From: Eutreptiella sp. 'Long Island Sound 2002'
Taxonomy: Eukaryota; Protista; Euglenida
Assembly: GCA_964036045.1 (NCBI GenBank)
Contig: OZ038379.1
Location: 6,138,001 to 6,202,000, forward strand
Direction: 5' to 3'
DNA: 64,000 nt
The translations under genes were made by a program, and so were the position numbers. The stretch's first letter is position 1, and each line of letters begins with the position of its first letter. Below, one piece after another: positions 11,991 to 24,200 of this stretch. The notes below the pieces were generated by a model. That model was not told the DNA's origin. It searched no databases and saw only the letters and a program-made list of their open reading frames with translations.

Positions 11991-14200
11991 CCCCCGAGAA
12001 GGCACGAGATATGTAGCCATTTCTGATGTTGTCCCCTTCTGTGGGGACCCCCAAGAGCAGAGGGGTTACATACCATTTTTGTCCACTATGGGCCCACCAA
12101 GAAGGCGGGGCTTATGCAGCCACGTCTGATTTTGTGTTGGGGACCCCTGAGAGCGCAGAAGGTACAAAGCAATCCCGGCCACTTGTGTGTGCGCAGCGAA
12201 TTTTTTTTGAGAAACACGTAGCGCATGTTTTGCAACGAGCCACCCCCTTCCCCCCAGCCGCCCCAAAGGCTTTCGAAACAACTGCCGTGAGGCAATGACT
12301 TTGACCCATATCCGTTTGCCCCCCCCCCCCCCCGCCCTCTGCTGTAGCTGGCCGAATATGGGTGTGCGCCTAGCAATCACTCCAGGATGCAATATGCACA
12401 CCTACAGTTGCGGGATGATGGCTCGATAGTGCGTATGCCGGGTCTCATTGAGACCACGGTGTTAGCGACCAATGATACGCGGTCATCGCGGGGGTTGCCT
12501 TGGAACTTTACCGTTCCCTGGTGGCTGTCTTGATGAAATCTGCCTTGCATATCACCATGGCCCCTGAAATCCGGTATTTTCCAATGATGCATGGACGTGG
12601 CTACGACCACTTCCCACCAATATTTTGAGTTGGTAAAAGCGGACAATAACCATCGACCATTGACCAATCTTTCTTCGTTAACTTTGATCACGTGGTCGTT
12701 CTACCTAAACACATACAGAGAGGGGTCTTTGTGTACCCAGAAAACAAAACTCATGAAATCTTCAGCGTATGGTACCATTTGCGTACCGCATGATATTTTG
12801 CCTTTTCAGTTTTTAGTAGCTCAAAGACCACCCTACAAATGGTGGGCTATCAACTTCCCAACGGGATTCTAAAATGGAGGCACCAAGCATTGCAAAGGAC
12901 TGGCCGATATGTTTGTCAAAAACAGGCGCACATTAAACTTCCCAATGCTTTTTTAGTCGGGAGCACAACCAGGTCTATGCTGACTTCTTCCAAATCTTGG
13001 CCCTGCAGGTCTCCTGCTTCATTTTTTTCAATTGTACCATGTGGAAGAGCATGCGTCGACGCCTGGTTCATTGTTGGTTGTCCAAATTAATGCTGGGAAG
13101 GTGGTAACTTCACAAGTTTGCTTTTTTGGCAATCGGCTTCTGCCAATTGCACAAAAGCTAGGCATCCAATCAGACGGTGCACCCGCATAGTCTGTGCACC
13201 ACGTGTAACTATAGATGAGCCATGCACCTCAATTTCTCAGAAATGGTACCGCCCAGGAGCATACCACACATTTTGTTGCGCGAAGCCCGGTTGTGGAGGT
13301 GCTCCACTTGGTTTTGGCTTTGCACGCGACGGTCACATCTTGATAAAGGACACGGCATTTAATTTTTTGGCTGCTTGCAGGAGCTATTCCAGTTTCCTCA
13401 CTTTACATGTGTCGTGCCCCATGGGCGTTTTACGTGGTACACTTGTGTTTTTCTACATGACGCACACAATGTCTTCAACGTGCCTGTAAAATTGCATGCA
13501 CCATTCTCGTATAACACGCAAGAATGCCGGTAAACATGGTTGTCAAAATGCATGTCCCATCCTAGTACGGCTGGCAACAATGCCCATAACAATGTCAATA
13601 ATAAGGCATGCACCATGTTGGTGCAACAAGCAAAATGTCGTTTACAACGGTTAACTTATATTTAGGATTACCACTGCCCAACATTGTATTGAATTCTCTC
13701 CAATGTAGAAACCCTCATAGCGCAAGGGTGATGTAGCGATTTCGGATGTTGTCCCCTGTTATTGGGAAGCTTGAGAACACAAGGGTGACGGAGCAATTCT
13801 GCCCACTTGTTGGCCTCCAAGAAGGCACCAGTGATACAGGCACTTCTGATTTTGTCCCCTCATTTGGGGACCCCCGAGAGCGCAGGGTTGACGTGGCAAT
13901 TCTGCCCACTTGCGGGCCCTGGAGAAGGGTGGGCTGTTGTAGCCACTTCAAATTTTATCCCCCCATGTGGGAAACCCCGAGAACGAAGGGGTGACGTAGC
14001 AACTCTGCCGAGTTGTGGGCCCCCGATAATGTAGCCACTTCTGATTTCGTCCCCTCTTTCCCCCCCCCCCCCCTGCAGAGAATGAAGCGGTGCCATAGCA
14101 ATTCCGCCCTCTTGCAGGCTCTTGGGAAGGCACGGAGGATGAACCCACTTTTGATTGTGTCCACCCCCGAGAGCGAAAGGTGACCTAGTTGCTGGTTTCC
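11990..14200. repeat. 104-bp satellite interrupted by a ~1.5-kb non-repetitive insert (~12189-13705)
   Basis: The satellite stops at CCACTTGTG (~12188) and resumes in register with AAGGGTGATGTAGCGATTTCGGATG near 13725. Confidence 0.7.
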
Positions 14201-14413
14201 GCCCAATTTTTTCGTATAATAGCTTGTGCTAGGCGTGTGGTTGAAATCGTTTGCGTGTGATGCGGGTTTTCTCCTCTAAAGCAATGATGTGCAAAGCAAG
14301 GGGGGAGATACTCTCCATACAAGACTTGGCGCCAAGTAGTGCACACAAGGGTGCCAAAGGGGGGGGTGTCTACATAGGAATTGGCGCCACGTGGTACACA
14401 CAGGGGTGCCAAA

Positions 14414-15068
14414 GGGGGAGCCTTAAGCGCTGTGCGCGTCTGGCCGTGCGAGAGACCCATACTTTGAGATACTAGGGGCCCCTATGGGCATCATGGCGAC
14501 CCCTCGCGGAGGTTTTGATTTTGTCCCCCTTTGTTTGGGGATCTCCGAGAATGCAGGGGTTACACAACATTTCCCCCCTCTTTTGGGCCCCAACCTTCCT
14601 TGATCTTTCGTGATCTTGCATAGAGCACACGCGAGTCTGCGGTTGTTAATATGAAACATTGTCACGTGAAGGAACTGTTCAATCGAGTAATGTAACATAT
14701 TTCGATGTCTTTTGAACAGGGTTCATCTTTTGATCGTGGAATTTGTTTCCAATTGGTGCCCCGCCTAATGATCCTGCGAGAGGTTGTTGAGTTTTGGGAA
14801 AACGAGACGATTTTCAAGAGAGAAATGACAATGAACAGAAAGACAATTGTGTGTTGTTGAGGGTGGCAACCAATGCGCCGTTCAAGGTTTTTCCAGTTGT
14901 GCATGATGTGTGTTATGTGATGGGAAGGTAGTTTGCAACTTTCTTCAAATGGGGCAGTTGGGGTCACCTAATTCTAAGGGCGTTTCCAAGGGGTGTGCTT
15001 GGGGGCTCTTCAGGGGGAACATAGTCTAAAAGTATCGCGCAGTGCGCGCACAGTGCAAATATTCCCCC
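14414..15068 (+). mobile_element. Non-autonomous PIF/Harbinger-like element (copy 2)
   Basis: Ends GGGGGAGCCTTAAGCGCTGTGCGCG and (reverse complement) GGGGGAATATTTGCACTGTGCGCG. AAA flanks at 14411-14413 and 15069-15071. Right end is homologous to 1534-1676. The interior differs from copy 1 and includes a 104-bp-satellite piece. Confidence 0.6.
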
Positions 15069-15667
15069 AAAGGAAGGTGGAAGTCAATCTCTACACATGA
15101 ATTGGGGTACCGTAGTACACACGGGGATGCCAAAGGGAGGGGGGAGGGTGTGCATACACATGAATGGGTGCCCAGTAGTACACACAAGTGTCTCAAAGGG
15201 AGGGGGGACAGTCCAAAGAAACGGATTGCCGCCGGGTAGTACACACAAGGGTGCTAAAGGGATGGGGGAGACAAGCCGTACACATGAACCGGCGCTATGC
15301 AGTACACACATGGGGTCCAAAGAGTAGGGGGAGACACACTACGTGACGCGGAGTCATGTCTATGGACTGTCTCTCCCCTGCCTTTGACCCCCTTGTGTGT
15401 ACTAACACGCGCCAATTCATGTGTAGAGATTGTCTCGCCTGTCGTTTGGGGTCAACTACTTGGGTACTACTTGGGGTCAATTCATCGGTACGGGCAGCTC
15501 CCTCCTCGATATGCTAGCCTTGTGCGCAATACTTGGCCCAAATTTATGTGTAGAGATTGTCTCCCCCCTCCCTTTGGCACCCGTTTGTGTGTTGGCTAGT
15601 GCCAATTGGTTTGTAGAGGTTGCTTCCCCCCTCACCCCCATGTGTGCTACCTCGACTCATTTCATGC

Positions 15668-15669
<2 letters not shown>

Positions 15670-15736
<67 letters not shown>
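15670..15736. repeat. (GA)n microsatellite
   Basis: Perfect AG/GA run. Confidence 0.98.
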
Positions 15737-15738
<2 letters not shown>

Positions 15739-15860
15739 TATATATGTATACCACGTGCCGCCAATTCATGTGTATGGGTTCTCTTCACTCTCCTTTTTGG
15801 CAAACCTTTGTGTTCTACCTTGCTCCAATGCAATGTGTATGCACCCCCCGACTCCTCTTG

Positions 15861-15907
15861 TCTGTGACACGGGGGCGTATGCGAGCCCGGTATCCGTTGC
15901 CTCATGG
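15861..15907 (+). mobile_element. 47-bp extreme 5'-truncated copy of the non-LTR element
   Basis: TCTGTGACACGGGGGCGTATGCGAGCCCGGTATCCGTTGCCTCATGG, flanked by a perfect 13-bp direct repeat CCGACTCCTCTTG (15848-15860, 15908-15920). Confidence 0.9.
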
Positions 15908-16110
15908 CCGACTCCTCTTGGCACCACAATGTGTACCACGGGACACCAATTCATGTGTTCGGACCATCTCCGCCCTCGCTTCAGCACTCTTGTCTTTACC
16001 ACCCGGCCCAAACTCCTGTGCAGAGATTATGCCCCCCCTCCCTTTGGCAACCCGTTGTGTACTACGTTGCGCCAATTCGTGTGTATGCCCCCCCCCCCCC
16101 CCCCACCGTC

Positions 16111-17778
16111 CCTTACAGGGGTTGTGGGTGCCAAAACTGGCGATCCTCACTGATTCACAGTACCTGCAGCTGGGAGCGACTGGCAGGGCCCAACACTGGA
16201 AGTCAAAGGGATGGACAACCACGTCCCAGTCTGGGAAATGCTGCTCCAGGAAATGGCGACTCCGGGAAGAGAAGTCAGGTGGGAACATGTCCCAGCACAT
16301 GTCAACGTGCAGGGCAATGAGGTGGCAAATGGATTGGCGATGGAAGGCATGTGTTCGAGCCCGCTGTGGTCTCAGCATGTTGCAACACACTCATCATCAG
16401 GGTCGGCATCTACGGTAGGGTTGAGTGGAGGATCGGGATCCGAATCAGAGGACACCAAGGCACTCTGGTCAGCCTTGGGTATGGTACCCATGGATAGTGA
16501 TGAGCTGACAGGGGAAGCATCCGGGGAACCAGCGCCACGTGGAATGGGTCGATACACCTCAAGCAGTTCAGAAAGTGAGAACATAAGGACAGGACACACA
16601 CACCAGGGAGGTCTGTTGAATGAACTGTCTGCAGCGGAAACAGTGTCCTTCAGCACAGATGTGAGCGAAACCAGGCGGCAGCGTAAGAAGCGAAAGCTCA
16701 GGAAAAGCAGGAACCCAGGACAGGGTCGATAATGACAGAACCTGTAGCCCCTGCATTCTCACAGGTTTCAAGCTCAACAATGCATGAACCGCATTCTGGT
16801 GCGGATAACTCACATGTTTCAAGCTCAACAATGCAAGCATGTCTAAAATCTGTGTTTTGACGCAGAGCTTTTCGTCACAAGAGCCGCGTCTTGTCGCGGC
16901 GTGCAGCAGCACACAGTAGCGACAACAAAGCGGCTGAACTCCGCGTTCTGTCGCGGAAGAGCATCCGGGCGTAATGCCGCCGGGAAGGACATGGCAGGAG
17001 AAGGGACCACGTCAGCAACGGCATGGCCCTTACACACAAATCCAGCCAGCCCAAAAAAAGGTCAAGCCTGAGTAAGAACGCCAGCATTTCAAGGTGCAAG
17101 CACTGAGCCAGCTAGACGCCATCGCGAATGAAGGACTGAGGGCAGTCGAAGTAGAGCTGACCACAATGGCCTGGGCCCGCAATCAGCAGATCTAGCTCCG
17201 ACTGGACCAACCACACAGCACCAAGATGCACTGTGAGATTTTCGACAATCATGGGGAACCATTGCTGATGAGCAATCAGGAGCTCTACTCGGTGATGGTC
17301 TAGATCAACTGGACCCTGAAGACTCAGGCTCTGGCGAATATGCAGGTCCAGTGGCGACCCAAGAGTGCAGGCACGTGGCATCCGTTCCAGTGGGAGGCGA
17401 TCCTCCACTGTCCGACGGCAGAGGGACACAGAGCGGTGCCCTCCTCTGTGAGCAGAACTGGAGACTGCATGCATGTGTGGCTGGCGGGCCGAGCGGACCT
17501 CTTGAGGCTGTTCCAGAGAACGCTCTTCAGGCAGGCGGACCCGGTACCCGGGGACGCTGTGCGGTTCCTCTACACGCTGCTGAGCACACCCCCATGCGAA
17601 AGGAGATATGCATGACAGGGGATGACACACAGGGGGGAGTAGGACAGATTGGAGCAAGTGATGCAGATAACAACTCGTCGTAGCCCAGTGGATATACCGC
17701 ACCTCTTCTGTCCTGTAGAGGAGGGTTCAAACCCCGGGGGGGATAGAGATCCACCGAACGTCCCTGAAAACCCCTTTT

Positions 17779-17871
<93 letters not shown>

Positions 17872-18613
17872 AGAGAGAGAGAGGGACACAGAGGGAGAGG
17901 AACGGAGAGGAGAGAGAGAGAGAGAGAGAATGGGGCGCAATGGAAAAGGAACGGAGAGAAGGAGAGCGAGAGAGAGGGCAAGCAGGAGAGAGGGCAGGAG
18001 AGAGAGAGGGGGAGAGAGTGGGAGAGAGATTCACAGAGCAAGAGTCGGGGGCTAACCGACGCAAAGGGAGGGTGGTGGGTTCGAGCTAATCAGGGTGTAT
18101 GGCACGCCATGGCAGCACAGAGCAGTTTAATGGTGAAACAACGGGGCGCCATTGCGCCCCAGGAGCACAGGCGCGTCCTCACGTGGCCTGTGCACGCATG
18201 GTGTGATGCTGAACAGGTATGCGCAACACACAATACATCAATGACCTGTTGAAGTGACCGGCTGCCAAAACTTTTGTTGAAACGTTGAGACGCCTTTGCG
18301 CCTCCATAGGCGCCTTTGCGCCCCCGAAGTTCGGGTACGACACGTCCTCACGTGCCAGAGAGCAAGTGCATGACAGGGGCACGGCCTGCAGGGCAAGGGT
18401 TAGAGACTAACCGGCACTCTGGGAGGGTGGTGGGTGCGAGCTGACCTCAGTGTCCAGAGGACCAAAGCCAAAGTACAGTCAGCAACCACCTGGTGTGGTA
18501 CAGAACTGGTCTGCGCTGCAGTGCAGCGAGAAAAAAAACACTGAACAATGTGGTTATGACCATGCGCCTGTGACACGGGGGCGTATGCGAGCCCAGTATC
18601 CGTTGCCTCATGG
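16111..18613 (+). mobile_element. 5'-truncated non-LTR element, copy A (RNase H C-half, 3' ORF, (GA)n, 3' UTR)
   Basis: Colinear with 50682-53132. Has a 22-bp deletion between CCAC microhomologies in RNase H. The 3' ORF (16974-17615) has TAG stops at 17193 and 17301. Ends in CTCATGG. Confidence 0.9.
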
Positions 18614-18799
18614 CCGTTTCTTTGGCACTCCTACGTGTACTACATAGGGCCAATTATTGTGTATAGACCGTTTGGCCCCTCCTTTTGGCACCCATGTGTG
18701 CACTATGTGACAGCAATTCATGTGCATGGATCACGCCATGGCGCCACATCGAGCGGGGGGACGATCTCTACTCATGAATTGCCACCCATGCAACATCGT

Positions 18800-19780
18800 G
18801 ACTCCAACCACTAGACTTGGGTTAAATGCCCCTTTACTTCTTTCACACTGTGGTGAAACGGCGGCGATGTGACAAATGGTCGATGAGAGAAGGCGACGTG
18901 GGACATGCGATGAAAGGGGCAGGGGCCGGACACAGGGGCTCCACACATCGGAAGCCTGAATTGTGGTGAGCAATTTCAATGACCCACGCCACCAACATTC
19001 CCATTTCGTCATATGGAACATTGGCACATCCATAAAAAAAACCCATTGCTGCTATGATTAACTCATATTACCTTCTTATTGTCTGCCCCATGTAGAGCCA
19101 TGTACTTGTCTCCTCAAAGCAAACAGATGACGTGAAGGTCTCACCGTGTGCAATCCATGTACATAGCTGCTTGTGTATGACAAGTCTGGCGCTTCAGGGA
19201 TAAGGAGTCCATGGACCGCTCTAAAGCAAGTTGGCTTTAAGCTTCACCTCGAGACACCAATGCCTCCTTGACTAATTCACAGTTGCCAAACACCTGGGCC
19301 ACTCAGATCCAGTCTTTCGGAGTGATATTGTGTCATTGCCGCAACCAATTGCCAGCAAATGCCCGAATTCGCAAAATCGGGCCGGACTAGTCCTTGTTTA
19401 ATGATAACAAAGCGAGCATGTGAAATGTGCGGTGTGTCTATTCCATGTAGTGTGCTGTCCGAATTCCTGGTCATCTCTTGCTTGCCCTACAATGCTTGCG
19501 TGTTATTTGAGCAACAAATTGTTGACATCCAAGCACCAAGCATTGTGAAGCACCATGAGGAACATTCGTCTATATAGGCGCTTCTTACTGCCCCACATGG
19601 CCACTTGGATCCGGCATTTTGGAACGACACCGTATCCCAAGGATAAGGACACACACAAATTACGATGTTGGTATTTACACAAATGATGGAAAGTATATAG
19701 ATAAGCATTGCCAAAAGAGTAGAGCAAACAACTTTGAAAATTACATGTTGGTCTCCTTGGCCTCATGGAACCAAAAGGAT
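18800..19780 (-). pseudogene. Decayed unassigned ORF, paralogue 1
   Basis: Minus-strand peptides LYRRMFLMVLHNAWCLDV, GLLIPEAP, QLCTWIAHGET and MDVPMFHMTKWECW align with 21650-22700. Confidence 0.5.
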
Positions 19781-21649
19781 GCTCACTGATTTTAGTCTTA
19801 GCCTGTTGATGATGCTAATCCGGAACAAGAGAATAGTCTAAAAGCTTGTAGGGAGTTTACAATTTGGCTGCGCCACACGATGCCCACAAAGCCAAAATGA
19901 GGTGCAAAACCCCAACAACTTTGCTTTTGACTCCGCTTTTGAACAAGGATGTCCTCTTACATTTCTGCCAACTCCTCGTAATTTCCTCCCAATTGTCGAG
20001 CACCGAGTGTGGACGAGGACGTCAGTACGTTGTGGCAACGCCGGTCAAAAGACCTCAACACCGAGTGGAAGGCCAAGAGCACGAAATCTGACACGGCTGG
20101 TGAACTTGGCTTGGTGACAACAAGTGTTTGGTACATTGCACAAAAAGGCTAAGTTTCGTCTGATTAGAGAAATGTGTCTCATAGTGCTTGGTTGCCCCGT
20201 GTCTCGGCCAGTACCCCCCGCCTCCTATCTATTCTTTTTGGCTTTTGGGGTGGTTTTCTTGGCATGGTTAGGGTACTTGTATGCAATGGTCAAGGCTGTC
20301 TAGCCGCGAGGATTTTGCGTTTTGTCAAGCAATAGGGCGGCAATGGTGTCCCATAGAAGCGATATTGCATATGTCTATTCGGATTCAGGCCAATAGCGCA
20401 TCATCACAGCTTCACCCCAGTGCCGCCACTCTTGGGATCAACCCGGGCAAGCTCATTCCTTGTTCCACATCGGTAACTGTTGCCTGCATGGGCAACAAAC
20501 AAACACACATGGACCATGGATGGTGGTCAACTCGACGACAAGGTCATCTCTCCAATGCTTAGGATTGTGGGGTTGTTCTTCCAAGTTCTGCAAGGTATGC
20601 GTCACTGTACTTGCAGACTTTTCATTCCACCATTGACAAGAGCGACTCTCAAAAGCCTCATACACTTATCCTTTGACCTTGTTTTCCAGTGTGGATAGTT
20701 TAGCAAAGTTGAGGCATCGCAACATTGTTGCAATTAGGACCCTAGAAAGGTGTATGCGAACATATCTCCATCTACGACAAGTTAAGGTTTCTGCAGGCTA
20801 GATGTTTCCTATTGGTCTCCTTCCTGGACGTATGTGTCACTCGGTGTCACCTGAGCCAGCTTCCGGGTGTGTACGCGACCCCCGCAGCAAGCCTACCACA
20901 CAACTCATCACCACTCAAAGACGTCATTAAAATCGCCTGGGTACACTTTTAGGACCTTTTTCTTTATGCATAACCGCAACACAAGCCGTGCAATTTTGTA
21001 GCAAAAAATGTGGAGAAGCAATTTTCAACACAGAAAAGCGGATAGGTGCAAGTTTGGCCTAAGACTGCACCATGCGGCATTTGACTTTTGTGGCAGCATC
21101 CGTCGCCCTTGCTATTTTCTTTTTGTGCAAAGAACAAACCAAAACAAATGGCAACGTGGGAATGAAGCAAACAAAGTTACCACTTTTTGTAATTGAAGAA
21201 TAACAATTGGCAACATGTTACCGTAGAACGCAATTGAAATACAGACCCAAAAAGGAGTGGCGTGTTTTTTTCAAAGTATACACATCAACGCAAGTTCCGG
21301 CAAGCAGCGCAAACAATTCGCTTTAGCGAAAGATTTTTCAATTTTTTGTTAGTCATACATAAATGCAAATTGCAAATTGTTGAATTACAAGCATGCATTC
21401 TGGGACATTAGGAGGTAATGTTCTTGCTACGCTGTGGAGCAATTTGGTCATTGAACGCTAGGTGATTCAGTGACGTCTATTGACACTGCTACGTGGCGGT
21501 AATTGTTTCACGTTGCTGCATTGCCTTGCCTTTTCCCAATGGTCATGTTGACTAGATCTCCCTTCCATATCAACATGGCCATTTGGACTTGGTATTCTGC
21601 ACTCATATTAGATTGCTACTCCAACCACCGGCGGTTGGCAACATACCTC

Positions 21650-22700
21650 TTCACTTCTTTCCCACTGTCCTCACATGGCGGCGACGTAAGGGATCGCCGA
21701 CAAAAGAAAGTGATGGGGGACTTGTCATGCAAGCGAGAGGGGTTGCACACGCTACAACGTGGTGTGCAATCCCAATGATCTACTTCACCAACGTTCCCAC
21801 TTTGTGAAATCGGACATGGGCACATCCATAACAAACAACCAATGCTTTCTTTTATTAACTCAAATAACTTTCTTATTTGTGTCCCCCATGTAGAGCGGAG
21901 TCCTTGGCTCCTCAACGCAAACACAGGACGTTAAGGTCTCACTGTGTGCAATCCATATGCATAGTTGGTTGTGTACAGCATCGAATTTTGGTGCTTCACG
22001 GATAAGGAGCCCACATACCACTCCTAAGCAAGTTGGGTCAAGCTTCACGTCGAGGCACGAAGCGTCCCCAAATACCATTAGATACATTCTTCTAAGTAGA
22101 GGCATCTTAGCCTTTTTGTGCGTTGCACAAAATACTCGGTTTCACCAAGCCAATTTATGGGTTTTCTGAAGCTAGTTTTGCCTCTGCAAGTGTCGGGTGG
22201 TGCAGTTGAATTGCTAAACTCCCTGCAAGGCTTTAGACTATCCTACTCTCCCTCAGTGCTTCCTGTACTACATCACCGTTGCCAAGCTAATTGGCCACTT
22301 ACATTTAGTATGTCGGACCGATATTGTATAGTTGTCCCAACCAAGTGCCACCAACACCCCCGTTTCACAGAATCAGGGCATAAACCATTGATCAACAGAA
22401 CCAATTTTTTTCGATAAGAGAGGTTACTTTCTTGTTCTTATGCAGCATACTAGCATATGAAGACCCGTCCTTGTTCAATGAAAAGGAAGCGAGCATGTCA
22501 TATTGCGGTGTGTATGTTTCCAATCGGCATGGTGTCAGCGCGCCCAATCAAATCTTGCTCACGCTACGATGCTTGGGTGCAAGTTGAGTAACAAAAGATT
22601 GACATCCACGCGCCAAGCAGTGCGTAGCTCCTCGCGGTACATTCCTCTATAGAGGCACATGGAAATGCTTTCAAAGGACATGGCATCTACACCTTTTCCC
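21650..22700 (-). pseudogene. Decayed unassigned ORF, paralogue 2
   Basis: Minus-strand peptides LYRGMYREELRTAWRVDV, GLLIREAP, QLCIWIAHSET and HWLFVMDVPMSDFTKWERW. Confidence 0.5.
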
Positions 22701-23499
22701 CCCAGGCAATTTGTTGGGGGTGCCGTGGTCGGTTGTGCGTCATTGGTCACCGCTATGCACAGCTACATGGCGGTAATTGTTGCAAGATGGCAAACTGTGC
22801 TGCGCTACACTTTGTAATTGTTGAAAGATGGCTAACTATCTTGTGGTTCTCGTTGGCCTCTTGGATCGCTTTTGGCTTGATGCACAACCCGTAGCCTATG
22901 GCCCCTTTACTCAAAGAAGAGGCGTACAAGGCCCCTTGCCCGTACCCAAAGTGCGTATTCAATGTTGGGGGGTCACAATTCATGTTTCTTGTAGAACATC
23001 CAACACTGTCTAAAAAAGCAGAAACCACTTTTTGCTGCCAAGCCCCTTATTCCTCTTGTAGGAATGGGTGTCCATGTAGGATAGGGGTTGGTGTCTGTGG
23101 CCTAGTTTCCTTGGTGCTTGGTGCCCACTGCCAAAAGTTGTCTTTTGCACCATAACAAGGAAGACCTCGCCTAGAAATTACAGTGCCTTCAAATTCAGAA
23201 AGACACACACGCGTAAGCAAACAAAAGCAACAAGCGCATACTGCATGGAGCTGACCCAAAGCTTGCAAATCTGCCTTGCTATATTCAACAAAAGGTCGTA
23301 TGGTTTTTGCTTCGATGAACTTTAAACCTTTGGAACTCCCGGGGCCAGGGATTCGTGCAAAATAACCCGGCAAGGGCCTTGCTTTCACCCTTTGAACTTG
23401 TTACTTGACACTACTTGTCATGTGCTGTACGTTCGTGTAACGGTCGGGTTCAGGGTGGTCCTCAATGACCCACTTTTTTCTGTAAGGACCACCTTTAGC

Positions 23500-24200
23500 C
23501 AACACCCCAAGGGGCTTATTTCCACCCACTTGATGGGGGACTTTTTTGTTCCCCTTTTCGGGGAGCATGAGACGGCATGGGTCATGTTGCCATCCCGCCT
23601 GCTTTGGGGGCCCTCTAAAAGGCATGGGTGCTGTACCCCCGTCTAATTTCTCCTAGTTTTTTTGGGGATTTGTGGAAAGCAGGGGTTACCCAGCCATCCC
23701 GCCCAACTCTGCCTCCCGAGAACGGACGGGTGACGTGGCTAGTTATAAATTTGTTCCCTTTTTTGGGCACACCAAACGACCTAGGGGATATGTAGCAGTT
23801 CCGACCACTTCTAAGCACCCTAGAAGGGAGGCGTGCCGTAGGCTTTTTTTTATTTTCTCCCTTTTTGTGCGGACTCCCTGCAAAGTAGGGGTTGCAGAGT
23901 GATTCCTCCCAACTTTGGGCCTATCCAAAAGCGGGGGTTATGTACGTACCCACTTGTGATGTTCTTCCCATTTTTTGGGAGCCGCCAGAACACAGGTGTT
24001 ACCTCACAATTCCGCCCACGCGTGCACCCTCGAGAAGGTAAGGGTGATGTAGCCATTTTTGGTTTCGTACCCTTTATTGGGTCCCCCGAGAATGCAGCAT
24101 TTACGTAGCATGCCCGCCCACTTGTGCGCCCCGAGAAGGCAGGGGCGATGTTGCCACTTTCTCATTTTGTCCCTTTTTCCGGGAACCCCGAACAACAGAA
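23500..24200. repeat. Degenerate 104-bp satellite patch
   Basis: CCCCGAGAAGGCAGGGG..ATGT..CCAC and GCCCACTTGTG motifs. Confidence 0.65.

Larger units (their letters stand above)
15069..16105. repeat. ~62-bp tandem repeat with an internal inversion (also at 14320-14413 and 18614-18730)
   Basis: GTAGTACACACAAGGGTGCCAAAGGG units near 15114, 15176, 15237 and 15300. After ~15360 the reverse complement CCTTTGGCACCC..GTGTGTACTAC is repeated. Confidence 0.8.

Noticed and set aside
5150-16105. Repeat periods near multiples of the helical turn (52, 62, 104) or of the 13-mer
   Set aside because: A numerical coincidence I cannot support; 86 bp does not fit and no phased A-tracts are evident.
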